IMG/VR virus record: IMGVR_UViG_3300035208_008180
DNA length: 64,000 bases
From: a virus
Taxonomy: Duplodnaviria; Caudoviricetes
Strand: one strand, 5' to 3'
Shown here: positions 1 through 9,043 of the stretch, piece after piece
Layout of the letters: the number at the start of each line of letters is the position of its first letter
How positions within the stretch are numbered: the stretch's first letter is position 1
Notes under the pieces: generated by a model
Told to the model about the DNA's origin: nothing
Databases searched by the model: none
What the model saw: the letters and a program-made list of their open reading frames with translations, nothing else
Position numbers and translations under genes: made by a program

Positions 1-979
1 CAATGCCTTTGTGCAAAGTAGTTAAAGTTAAATTGCTTCCGCTTGCAGACGCTTCAAATCCGCCAGGAATTGTACCGGCTGTAATTTGATCGTTGATTTC
101 AGTTACAACGTCAGCAGTAGTAATAGGCTGTGACAATAGTTCTAAGGCCGATAAATCTATTGTTTGCACCACATTATCAATTAGCACACTATCTGTGCCA
201 TCGATGACAACTTGCAAATTAAGATTAGTTACGCCAGTAAGATTCCATGTGCCAGCAGCAGTGTATCCATCATCTGGATATTTGGCCAACAAACCTGTTA
301 GCGTTGCTTCGACCATATCTGTGCCGATACCCATCACAGTATACGCATCATTCAGAACAGATAACAATTCTAAACTAGAGTCTGGACCATAAGCCCAAAT
401 AGTTCTTAGTCCAATTTTGTCGCCAGTGCCGACAAAGAATTCAATGCCATCATATGTGGCATCTAATTGTTCGTTGAGCAATGCAACCAATTCAGTGCAT
501 GTATAAGTGCCGTGCAACACAAACAATGTTTTGGATGCATCAACACCATTGAGCGACCATTTGAAAAAATAGTCATTCGGACCAGCAAAAACATAGTCAC
601 CAGCGGTGTTAGATTGTATAACAATCTGAGTACCTGCTGCATCAACTCCTATTTCGGCGGTTGCTGCATATTCATCACTCACTTGGTCTTGATCTCCTAC
701 ACGCACAATATAAAGCTCGTTAGCAACGGTTAAATATTGTTCGGCAGCATAGATCAAGTAAGGATCGCCCACATCAGGATGTGGGTAACCAAAAGTTCTA
801 TGAAGCGTATTGTAGTCTGTTACCAATGTGGGTTGGTTGATTGGACCTTTGCTAGCAAATCCTATCAAAGCAGCCCTATGAAACGTCTGCTCGGTAGCGA
901 TAAAACTAAGGTCTTGCTCTGTAATTCGCACGCTTGGCGAAATTGTATTGCTTGGCGGAAATCCCCTTAAAATCGGCAT
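1..979 (-). CDS. contractile tail sheath protein (T4 gp18-like), N-terminal part; runs off the window start
   Basis: Not in the ORF track. Manual translation from ATG 979 (RBS GGAGAA) gives MPILRGFPPSNTISPSVRITEQDLSF...ALIGFASKGPINQPTLV...FG.P...YAAEQYL...LYIVRV, a typical sheath N-terminus. Confidence 0.9.
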   Translation of the reverse strand, partial: MPILRGFPPSNTISPSVRITEQDLSFIATEQTFHRAALIGFASKGPINQPTLVTDYNTLHRTFGYPHPDVGDPYLIYAAEQYLTVANELYIVRVGDQDQVSDEYAATAEIGVDAAGTQIVIQSNTAGDYVFAGPNDYFFKWSLNGVDASKTLFVLHGTYTCTELVALLNEQLDATYDGIEFFVGTGDKIGLRTIWAYGPDSSLELLSVLNDAYTVMGIGTDMVEATLTGLLAKYPDDGYTAAGTWNLTGVTNLNLQVVIDGTDSVLIDNVVQTIDLSALELLSQPITTADVVTEINDQITAGTIPGGFEASASGSNLTLTTLHKGI

Positions 980-981
980 AG

Positions 982-1209
982 TTATTCTCCCTTATTAAGT
1001 TCTTTATTTGGTATATACTTCGTGGTTATAAGTTTAAGTTGTTTTTCAGCCCTTTGAACATATTCGGTAGTAAGTTCATCGGCTAAATAATAAACGTTGT
1101 GACCACTACCCAATCCAGGTATGTTTAAACAAGTCATTGAGTGTGGCTGTTTCCTATTCTTGATAACCAGTTGTATGGGGCTTCTTTGTTTGTTGGTAAT
1201 TTCAATCAT
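982..1209 (-). CDS. hypothetical protein between tail terminator and sheath
   Basis: 75 aa ORF tightly packed in the structural operon. Confidence 0.6.
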   Translation of the reverse strand: MIEITNKQRSPIQLVIKNRKQPHSMTCLNIPGLGSGHNVYYLADELTTEYVQRAEKQLKLITTKYIPNKELNKGE

Positions 1210-1221
1210 TGTCTTTTTCCA

Positions 1222-2241
1222 CTATTTGTCCAAATCATTTACAGCAACTTCTATTCTGTTGAATACTTCAGTGATGTCTTCTTCTTTCACCGAATTGTAA
1301 ACATCTGTTTTCATATCCAACACAGCTTTTCTACGAATGATTGGCTGTGGTATATATGTTTCTGCTGTTAAATTAAATTCGTATTTTATTACTCTTTTTT
1401 TTTCTCCCGGTTCTACATCTAAATTATTGGCCACACTGTCCAAGGTGACAATTGATTCCCATTGCACACCCCTAACAGCTATGTATGCAATGGGGCTAAA
1501 TTTTAATTGGATTTGTTCCACTATTTGGTTCATATCTTCCACATAAAGCGTCCAAGCATATAAAGTATAGCCAATTTTTACGGGAAGTCCCCATGCCACG
1601 CCAAAAACTGTATCTCTTTCTTTGCGTTCTTTTACAGTAAAAGTAGGCTTATTATCGGGACGATACTTCAGGTAATTTACAGCCTTGTGATAAATATATC
1701 GATCTCTAAATAATTCAAAACTAGTATCACGGATAGCCAGCATTGGCAATTTAGGACGATCTGTTACCAAAGAATTATCTTTGCGAACATTATGCTGGAG
1801 AATAACAGCCACAGCCCTTTCTTGACTTCCCCAAATAATAGGCACCGGATGTGCTTTTCCATGAGTATCAATAGTCACAAGTCCTGTAAACAAATCTCTT
1901 ACCGCTTCATCACACCCTCTTTTAGCTTTTGTGTATCGATAAACATATTCTCTGGTAGGGTGCTCTAAATCATTGATAATTTGGCCTGTTTGCATTGGAT
2001 CGCAATTGCGATGCTTGCCAAGTGGAGAATTTTCACAATTAGCATCAAGCCAGCCATAATCTATCCCTGTTTTTACTCTATTTAAACTATCTCGATCATC
2101 TTCACAGTATTTTGGTGTGATATCGTTATTCATGTCTCCTTGCAAACCAATATCATTGCAAGGATTCAAGGATTGCTGATCGGGATTACCAGGGTTTACA
2201 TTTGCCACAAAAACTCCTAAATGAAATACTTCAATATTCAA
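1222..2241 (-). CDS. tail terminator / sheath stabiliser (T4 gp15-like)
   Basis: VPIIWGSQER...PKLPMLAI...DMNQIVEQIQLKFSP motifs; lies upstream of the sheath gene. Confidence 0.8.
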   Translation of the reverse strand: MNIEVFHLGVFVANVNPGNPDQQSLNPCNDIGLQGDMNNDITPKYCEDDRDSLNRVKTGIDYGWLDANCENSPLGKHRNCDPMQTGQIINDLEHPTREYVYRYTKAKRGCDEAVRDLFTGLVTIDTHGKAHPVPIIWGSQERAVAVILQHNVRKDNSLVTDRPKLPMLAIRDTSFELFRDRYIYHKAVNYLKYRPDNKPTFTVKERKERDTVFGVAWGLPVKIGYTLYAWTLYVEDMNQIVEQIQLKFSPIAYIAVRGVQWESIVTLDSVANNLDVEPGEKKRVIKYEFNLTAETYIPQPIIRRKAVLDMKTDVYNSVKEEDITEVFNRIEVAVNDLDK

Positions 2242-2346
2242 AAATCCACAAAACGTATTCCAACTTATTCAGTGGTTGTTTCTCAGAAGTATTTATCCAA
2301 ACCACAATTACCTTTACGATGGTTTAGAAACACTCCAAAAATCACA

Positions 2347-2886
2347 TCACTTGCCGACCGGGGCAACGGACTTACCTTTGTTTCCTAAAACCTTAAATGG
2401 TTCAACTGTTCCGTTTTGAGCCACATGTCCTTTATAATCAGCACTTAAATCTTTTGTTAAATCACGAGTGCCTTTGGATTTCTTTTCATCACAAGCACAT
2501 TTCTTCATGCCATGAGGTGCAGTAGGACGACCATCACACTCTCTTAACTCTACCCATTTGCCAAATTTCATAATGTTTCCTTCGTGTCTGTATGGAAGTT
2601 CTGAACGATCACCCGAAGCAGCAGCCATTGCCCTTAGTTGCGTAACATCAGGACTGTAAGGAGTTGCTGATCCTCTGGTCAGGGCGGTTGGTGGCAAGTT
2701 TCTTTTGGATGGTCGAATTGACCAAACAAGCTTGCCACTTAAAGGGGTTCTCGCAAGCCAATATTCTTCTCCTTCATGGTTGACCAAAGTTTCGTATCCA
2801 TGTCTTGGTAGTTTGCCTTTCGCAAGTGCCAGAGCGTCTTGTTGGCTTATTTGAAGAAACCCATGATCGATTGGTGTTGTTTTCAT
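2347..2886 (-). CDS. hypothetical protein (contains an internal MKFGKWVELRE capsid-targeting-like segment)
   Basis: 179 aa ORF with RBS GAGG. Confidence 0.55.
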   Translation of the reverse strand: MKTTPIDHGFLQISQQDALALAKGKLPRHGYETLVNHEGEEYWLARTPLSGKLVWSIRPSKRNLPPTALTRGSATPYSPDVTQLRAMAAASGDRSELPYRHEGNIMKFGKWVELRECDGRPTAPHGMKKCACDEKKSKGTRDLTKDLSADYKGHVAQNGTVEPFKVLGNKGKSVAPVGK

Positions 2887-2892
2887 AATACC

Positions 2893-3432
2893 TCAGTTTA
2901 TTTTAAAGTCTGGTTTTTTTTGAGTAACTGTTCCCTCGCCCGTGGTGGTGCTTTCTTGGAATCTGACACAAACTAATTGCAAGCGAATCTCTGCCCACAT
3001 TTTGTATTCACTTAATTTTCTTTGCACAATTTCCCAGTTTTCACCCTTATGAGGAGTGTAAATTCTAGACCCGACCTTGGGAGGATGTCCAACAGTATCA
3101 AGAACCGCTCTATAATTTAATTCAAAGGTCATCTCATCATTAGAATCAATTCCATATGAGGATTGATAATTTTGTTGAGTTACTGGCTCATACAGAGCCC
3201 ACAATTGTATAGGAACGTTTGAAAATAATTTTCCCCTATCTTCCCAATACAACTCATCAACTGTATTGCTGGTCTGAATATAAACTTCATAATAGATAAT
3301 AGGAGCCCCGGTACGTTGGATAAGTTCTTGATCCCAGAGATTAAAGGTATTAATTTCAGGATTGTTAGGATCAAATTGTTGAGCAGAGCCAACTACGTTA
3401 TAGGGCAACCCATCACTTCTTCTGATAGTCAT
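2893..3432 (-). CDS. neck / head-closure protein (T4 gp14-like)
   Basis: ELIQRTG..IIYY...DELYWED...YGIDSNDEMTF...PKVGSRIY..H.GENWEI pattern; start moved to MTIRR behind TAAATA. Confidence 0.7.
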   Translation of the reverse strand: MTIRRSDGLPYNVVGSAQQFDPNNPEINTFNLWDQELIQRTGAPIIYYEVYIQTSNTVDELYWEDRGKLFSNVPIQLWALYEPVTQQNYQSSYGIDSNDEMTFELNYRAVLDTVGHPPKVGSRIYTPHKGENWEIVQRKLSEYKMWAEIRLQLVCVRFQESTTTGEGTVTQKKPDFKIN

Positions 3433-3461
3433 ATGGGTATTTATCCCCACAAGTTATATTT

Positions 3462-3872
3462 TTAGCCACCGCCTGCTAATTCAATTCTCGGACTCACAGC
3501 AATTGTTCCACCACCAGCAGGTAAATTAAATGGAGCACCAGCAAAACGCTCGGCCCATAATAACTCAAGCCCAGTAATATCAGTTACATAATAGCCGTAC
3601 ACTGTTGCCCCTGTTGTAAAAGTAAAAGTTTGCTGAGAATATAATCCAGTAGTTGTACCGCCAACTGATTGAACGGTCCACTGTGCAGAATCTAGTGTAA
3701 TGGGACCATTATTATCAGTTGCAGGTGTGAATGTGCCCAAAGTATCTCCATGAGCAGGAGTAGTATCACTTTTATAGAGAACCATTACTTTGTCGTCCGC
3801 TGGGGCTGGGGACATATTCAAAATATATTGAAGTAAAAGAACTTCACCAACATCAGGACATACTATAGCCAT
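3462..3872 (-). CDS. probable virion structural protein
   Basis: Thr/Gly-rich, beta-type 136 aa protein in the neck/tail cluster. Confidence 0.5.
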   Translation of the reverse strand: MAIVCPDVGEVLLLQYILNMSPAPADDKVMVLYKSDTTPAHGDTLGTFTPATDNNGPITLDSAQWTVQSVGGTTTGLYSQQTFTFTTGATVYGYYVTDITGLELLWAERFAGAPFNLPAGGGTIAVSPRIELAGGG

Positions 3873-3939
3873 AATTTAACCTCGCTCTTTTTAAATATTT
3901 AAGCACCAAAAATGATTTCTTTACTCCATTAATAGAGTA

Positions 3940-4521
3940 ATGGCAATTAAAAACAAAGATGGCAGTATTTATCAGCTTAATAAGCCAAATCCATTGACCG
4001 ATGGGCAGGTTTGGCGGGATATGGTTTTTTACAATTGTTATTGGGAAGGCGAAACAGTCCCCGACACAACTGTAAAACTTCCCCCCAAGAAATTTGAGTT
4101 ACCTAAAATTGCTGCAAAGGAAATGGAACCCTTATCCAAACCAGAGCCTGTTCAGCCCTTGCCCGAACTTGATAAAAGCGAAATTCCAGAACGAGTGCTT
4201 AAAAATATTGTAAGTGTATATTGTCTGCCAGCAAAAATTGAAACGGAAAAAGATGAGCTATATGATGAAGAAAGAGAAGTTGTAAAATATGGGGAAAAAT
4301 TCTCTTTTGAAGCTATTATGGTGGAACGAACTGATTTGTATATAAAAATATGGACACGCAAAATTTTACCAACACAATCAATTATTTACCCATCTGTATT
4401 TGTCAAGGGAGAAATAAAGTTTGGCGACTATCGTTGGTGGAAAGTGGTAGAAATGGAAGAAAAGTCAGGAGGTTATTTAGTAACATCCACACCCTCTGAA
4501 CTGCAACCAGATTTTTCCTGA
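3940..4521 (+). CDS. hypothetical protein
   Basis: 193 aa ORF. Confidence 0.6.
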   Translation: MAIKNKDGSIYQLNKPNPLTDGQVWRDMVFYNCYWEGETVPDTTVKLPPKKFELPKIAAKEMEPLSKPEPVQPLPELDKSEIPERVLKNIVSVYCLPAKIETEKDELYDEEREVVKYGEKFSFEAIMVERTDLYIKIWTRKILPTQSIIYPSVFVKGEIKFGDYRWWKVVEMEEKSGGYLVTSTPSELQPDFS

Positions 4522-4811
4522 AATATAGGCTTTGGATTTGTAAGTTCCCCAGATTTAATAATTGCTTTATGACCAGCCGACTCTAATGCTTGATGATGGT
4601 CTTCTACACATTTCAAATAAGCCACCTCATAGATGTCTACTACAAATCTACCGAAATCCTCCAAATCCTTTTGCGTAACTAACACGCCACAGATACGTTG
4701 CATTAGCTCATCGTGTTGCCCATATCTGTCTTTCAAAATCTGACTTACATATTTTCTTATCATCACAAGTTGTGGATGACTAAGAGCATTGACCCAATTT
4801 TCATTTGCCAT
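4473..4811 (-). CDS. hypothetical protein
   Basis: 112 aa ORF. Confidence 0.6.
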   Translation of the reverse strand: MANENWVNALSHPQLVMIRKYVSQILKDRYGQHDELMQRICGVLVTQKDLEDFGRFVVDIYEVAYLKCVEDHHQALESAGHKAIIKSGELTNPKPIFQEKSGCSSEGVDVTK

Positions 4812-4974
4812 TTTGTTTTTTCTCTTTTTTCTTCAACTTAACATCTCCTACTGACCGGAGTTTTCCACCGGATGGAGCCCCCTGCCAACCGCCAGACGCT
4901 CCCCCAGGGTCTTGCCCCACATAAGGCACACCAGCACCTGCTTCTCTCATTTTTATCCATTCAGAAAATTTCAT
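4801..4974 (-). CDS. small putative internal head protein (MKFSEWIKMRE)
   Basis: GGAGG RBS before ATG 4974; capsid-targeting-like N-terminus. Confidence 0.55.
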   Translation of the reverse strand: MKFSEWIKMREAGAGVPYVGQDPGGASGGWQGAPSGGKLRSVGDVKLKKKEKKQNGK

Positions 4975-5003
4975 ATTTGCACCTCCGTGCTCTATATATC
5001 CGT

Positions 5004-5885
5004 ATGAACAACACATTAGCCATTTCCACGCCAAGCAAAACTTCAATGGCATCCGTTACATGTAATGCGTCTTGTAGCGACCTCGGCCCAACAGACCCAC
5101 TATACAAAAATCAATTGGGACCACGCAAAAAAAGAGAGCAAGTCCGAGAGCAAATCAAAGACTACGTTCTGCTAATGCTAGGAGCCCCTGTAAATAAAAT
5201 AGAATTGGATCAACAAAATTTAGACTTCTGCGTAGATCAATCATTAAAAATTATTGAAGATTATGCCCCAAGGGAATACTTCAATTACTACACATTCATA
5301 GCCACCCCAGGTAAAAGTGTTTATGAAATGCCGCCCGAAGTTGGCATTATTAGAAATGTATATTATAAAAAACATGGAACTTTTGCCTTCCAAGCATCAG
5401 ACTTAGATGGAGCCATTCCTATAGAATATTTCTACCCAGGCGGAAGCTATGCCAGCATTCAGGGAGGTTTAATTGACCCCATTCAACCCATTTGGGGGAG
5501 AATGGGAGAGTGGACATTGTATAAACAATACGAACAAACCTATTCTAGAATTAGTTCTAATATTGGTGGTTGGGAATTTATTAATGATATGAGAGCCGTC
5601 AAATTATATCCAACCCCCTATGCGGCCCAAAAAGTAATTGTCCAGTATTTACAAAAAATGAAAGACTGGGGCGAAGTTACACAATCCATGCAAGAACTCG
5701 CACTTACCTATGCCAAGGAAATGTTGGGAAGAATTAGAAGCAAATTCCAAACAGCCCCAGGCCCAGGTGGCGGGATTCAATTAGATGGACAAGCACTTCT
5801 GCAAGAAGCAAGAGAAGATAGAAAGCAACTTTTTGAAGATTTGATATACAAATTCGGTGAGCCTATGGGTCCATCGCTCGATTAG
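5004..5885 (+). CDS. neck / head-tail adaptor (T4 gp13-like)
   Basis: IKDYVLLMLGAPVNKIELD.Q..FCVD and LA..YAKEMLGRIRSKF...PGPGGGIQLDGQAL motifs. Confidence 0.88.
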   Translation: MNNTLAISTPSKTSMASVTCNASCSDLGPTDPLYKNQLGPRKKREQVREQIKDYVLLMLGAPVNKIELDQQNLDFCVDQSLKIIEDYAPREYFNYYTFIATPGKSVYEMPPEVGIIRNVYYKKHGTFAFQASDLDGAIPIEYFYPGGSYASIQGGLIDPIQPIWGRMGEWTLYKQYEQTYSRISSNIGGWEFINDMRAVKLYPTPYAAQKVIVQYLQKMKDWGEVTQSMQELALTYAKEMLGRIRSKFQTAPGPGGGIQLDGQALLQEAREDRKQLFEDLIYKFGEPMGPSLD

Positions 5886-5901
5886 TGGGACCAACTCTTG
5901 A

Positions 5902-6696
5902 TTGAAAATCAAAATTTCTTTACTATATAATGTAAGGAGATTTTTTATGTTACAAAGAACGACAAAAGAGGTTGCACAATACTTTTCAGATAATAGATGC
6001 GAATTACTTGATGAATATATTGGTTGTATGAATAAAATGAAATATCGATGTTCTTGTGGCAACATTTCATCAATTACTTGGAATAATTTTACTAAGGGCA
6101 AACGATGTGGGTGTGGCTCCAAGTATAGGAGAAGATATACATTTGAAGATGTAAATAAAATATTTACAGATTATGGATTTGTTCTTATATCAAATGAATA
6201 TCCTGGTTATAAAAACCCACTAAAATACAAGTGTAAATGTGGAGCAAATAGAGAAAAATCATTATATCATTTTTTACATAATGGCAAACATTGTGATAAA
6301 TGTGCTCATAAAATTATGGGTATGAAAAGACGCAATCCCAATCGCTCATTCGAACGTAAATTCAAAGCAAAAATGCATAAAGCTTTGCGAACTTGTCTAC
6401 AAGCTATCGGCAAGACTAAGGCAGGACACACCGCCGATCTCTTGGGATATGGACCAAAGGACTTGCAAACAAGAGTTACTAATCACCCAGACTGGCATAA
6501 TGTAAAAGATCAAGTTTGGCATCTCGATCATATTTTCCCTATTCAGGCATTTATCCGCTATAAAATCAATGATTTAAAACTCATCAATTGCCTTGAAAAC
6601 CTTCGCCCAATGAATGGAAAGGAAAATGACATCAAGCACAATAGATACAATAAGCAGGATTTTGAGTTTTGGCTAAGACTCAAAGGAGCATTATGA
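5902..6696 (+). CDS. HNH homing endonuclease with Zn-ribbon repeats
   Basis: WHLDHIFP...INCLENLRPM...ND.KH; N-terminal YxCxCG repeats. Confidence 0.8.
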   Translation: MKIKISLLYNVRRFFMLQRTTKEVAQYFSDNRCELLDEYIGCMNKMKYRCSCGNISSITWNNFTKGKRCGCGSKYRRRYTFEDVNKIFTDYGFVLISNEYPGYKNPLKYKCKCGANREKSLYHFLHNGKHCDKCAHKIMGMKRRNPNRSFERKFKAKMHKALRTCLQAIGKTKAGHTADLLGYGPKDLQTRVTNHPDWHNVKDQVWHLDHIFPIQAFIRYKINDLKLINCLENLRPMNGKENDIKHNRYNKQDFEFWLRLKGAL

Positions 6697-6866
6697 TTAC
6701 GTTTAAAGAATGGCAAGAGGGAACAATTAAAGGGCTTCCAGAACTTGGATTTACGGGTGGACCCCCAGCTTTTCACGACATAGAAGATCGGGTTGAACAA
6801 CTAGAAAACAAAGTTGATTTGTTGATGAAAATAGTACGACCCGAAACTATGCGGATTGCTTCTTAA
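6693..6866 (+). CDS. small putative internal head protein (MITFKEWQE)
   Basis: AGGAG RBS; ATGA overlap with the HNH stop codon. Confidence 0.55.
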   Translation: MITFKEWQEGTIKGLPELGFTGGPPAFHDIEDRVEQLENKVDLLMKIVRPETMRIAS

Positions 6867-6896
6867 AATCCTTTTACAAAAACTACATACTTTAGC

Positions 6897-7352
6897 ATGA
6901 ATTTTAAAGAATTTATTACTGAGTCTACGACATCCAGGTATAGTGTCGAGGTAAATTACCGCACCAGAAAACAAGAGGTTTTAGAAGCGGCGGGCAAAAT
7001 TACCTTGGGCTATGTTAGTGCTGCTCTCAAACAAAATGGATATCATGTTAAACAATTGTTTGACGAAACACCTATTCGCATTGTTGTTTCAACTCGCAAT
7101 TTTGAAGAAGGCGAATGGGTTGGCTTCCTGATATTTTATTCTAAAGATGGCGGAAAATATGTGATTGCTAATGGATTTTATAACAGAGGACAAAAAAGCG
7201 TATCATTACAAACTTGGAAGGATGCCAAAGGTGATTCCCCCGCTGAACTAGCCGCCGAGATGAGAACGGTTATGTTTGAATTAAAAGAACGCAAAGATCG
7301 ACATTTGCCCAGCTTGAAGCCCATTCCTTTAAAAAGAGGACCAAAGAAATGA
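6897..7352 (+). CDS. hypothetical, putative internal head protein (MNFKEFITE)
   Basis: 151 aa ORF with capsid-targeting-like N-terminus. Confidence 0.65.
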   Translation: MNFKEFITESTTSRYSVEVNYRTRKQEVLEAAGKITLGYVSAALKQNGYHVKQLFDETPIRIVVSTRNFEEGEWVGFLIFYSKDGGKYVIANGFYNRGQKSVSLQTWKDAKGDSPAELAAEMRTVMFELKERKDRHLPSLKPIPLKRGPKK

Positions 7353-7657
7353 AAACATATAAGGAATTTGCGGAACAAGTTGGTGATTTTAAAGATCAGG
7401 AAACTTTATTAAAGACCTTGGGCTTAAAATCTGTGCCTCCAAAAAAACAATTAAAAGTAGTTGGTAATACAGAGCCTGAATATGATCCCCAAGCAGAAAA
7501 GGCACAAGGTGATTTATATGCCTCTTTGGTAAAAGAATTACAAGATTTATTGGACACTTTGGACTGGGATGAAAGCAATGTGGTGGGAATTCAACAAGCT
7601 CTTGCTAAAATCAATCACCAGGGACAGGCTTATCTCAAGCATATATCAAGCAAATGA
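7349..7657 (+). CDS. hypothetical, putative internal head protein (MKTYKEFAE)
   Basis: N-terminus close to the T4 internal-protein targeting peptide. Confidence 0.65.
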   Translation: MKTYKEFAEQVGDFKDQETLLKTLGLKSVPPKKQLKVVGNTEPEYDPQAEKAQGDLYASLVKELQDLLDTLDWDESNVVGIQQALAKINHQGQAYLKHISSK

Positions 7658-8499
7658 AATTTTTAGAATGGGCAGAACAACGCCAACAACAACCGATAGC
7701 CGCACAACCAGTCATTTCCTATGACTTCGATGGTGTTTTACACACGGACGTTTACCCTGGAACCATTCACCCCGTAGATTTTGATACCGCTGATCTTACC
7801 CCTAATTTACCAATGCATCGACAACTCAGAGACGATGCCAGAAAAGCCAAAATCATTGTTGTTACCGCTCGAAACCAAGATGGAATAATGGACGATGCCG
7901 CCAGACAGTTTGTTAGAAAGCATAATCTACCCGTCTCTGCTTTTTTCTTTACAAATGGTGGACAAAAGGTTTCTATACTCAAACAACAACACGCAATTAA
8001 ACATTATGATGACGATCCCCGGATGAGGGCTCAATTGATGGACACAGGCATTGAATTTGTTCTAGTGCGACCACAAATGGAATCGACAATATATGAGTCA
8101 GTAAAGAAAAGAAAGAAAACCAAACCTGCCGCTGGTATATTTTTCACAGACGGCAGAGCGGTGCTAATGCTCAAGCGACGACCACCAGGAAGCAATCCTA
8201 ATACATGGGGACTTCCAGGCGGTCACTCAGAGGGCGAAGAAACGCCACTTATGGCCGCTCAAAGAGAAGCACGAGAAGAATGCGGCAAAATGACCGGCAA
8301 GAAATTCGGTGTGCTAACCAGCGGTGCTTGGACTTGTTTTTTTTACCAAGTGCCAAAGACTTTTCGTTGTGAAATTAGCGAGGAACACGACGCTTGGGAA
8401 TGGGTAAAATTTGAAGAACTTAAACACTTGCAATTACATCCCCAATTCAAAAAACAAATGCAAAGATATATTGCATTTGTGAAAAGACACTTTGCCTAA
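7654..8499 (+). CDS. HAD-family phosphatase + NUDIX hydrolase fusion
   Basis: ISYDFDGV / VVTAR / HYDDD HAD motifs; GGHSEGEETPLMAAQREAREECG Nudix box. Confidence 0.85.
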   Translation: MKFLEWAEQRQQQPIAAQPVISYDFDGVLHTDVYPGTIHPVDFDTADLTPNLPMHRQLRDDARKAKIIVVTARNQDGIMDDAARQFVRKHNLPVSAFFFTNGGQKVSILKQQHAIKHYDDDPRMRAQLMDTGIEFVLVRPQMESTIYESVKKRKKTKPAAGIFFTDGRAVLMLKRRPPGSNPNTWGLPGGHSEGEETPLMAAQREAREECGKMTGKKFGVLTSGAWTCFFYQVPKTFRCEISEEHDAWEWVKFEELKHLQLHPQFKKQMQRYIAFVKRHFA

Positions 8500-8708
8500 A
8501 TTCTAGTGTTCCAGGCTTCTATAATTCTTTCTTCCAACACACTAAATTTTGTTTTTTCGTCCTCCGGTGGAGGCTCTACAGGAGATTGTGGGTGAATTAT
8601 GCAATTTTTATTTTTGCATCCCACACGAGGCATGCTTGTCCATTTTGCTTCCCATAAAACTGCTTCACCACCGCAAAATGGACAAGGTTTAAGATCGGGG
8701 TAGCTCAT
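8496..8708 (-). CDS. Lar-family restriction alleviation Zn-finger protein
   Basis: LKPCPFCGGEA...C..C...AWNTR. Confidence 0.75.
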   Translation of the reverse strand: MSYPDLKPCPFCGGEAVLWEAKWTSMPRVGCKNKNCIIHPQSPVEPPPEDEKTKFSVLEERIIEAWNTRI

Positions 8709-8998
8709 CGTGTCTTCCCTCTACCTCTTTCAACGATAATTTCCTGTCGATCACCACTGAGATTGTTTTCTACCACTCTATAACCGATGGCATTAAAGCA
8801 AAGAACAGTACGATCAAAGAGCCATCGATCTTTCATTTCCCCGCCAAGAAAAAGGATTTCCTTTTTAGTATGGAAAAACTGAAAACGTTGACCTGTGTCT
8901 GGAATCTTCCAGATGCCGCCCTCTTTCAAAAGAGAGACTATTCTTCGACCCCAGGTAATATCACTTGGACTAGGTTTCCACATAATAAAAATCCGCAC
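8705..8998 (-). CDS. hypothetical protein
   Basis: ORF; the true start is probably MWKPS. Confidence 0.55.
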   Translation of the reverse strand: MRIFIMWKPSPSDITWGRRIVSLLKEGGIWKIPDTGQRFQFFHTKKEILFLGGEMKDRWLFDRTVLCFNAIGYRVVENNLSGDRQEIIVERGRGKTR

Positions 8999-9028
8999 CC
9001 GCCCAAAATTGCTTCTGAGCGGGTGCGG
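8984..9028 (-). terminator. intrinsic terminator after the MVP gene
   Basis: CCGCACCCGC-loop-GCGGGTGCGG stem followed by a U-rich tract on the minus strand. Confidence 0.7.
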
Positions 9029-9043
9029 TCGAAAGGAGGCTAC

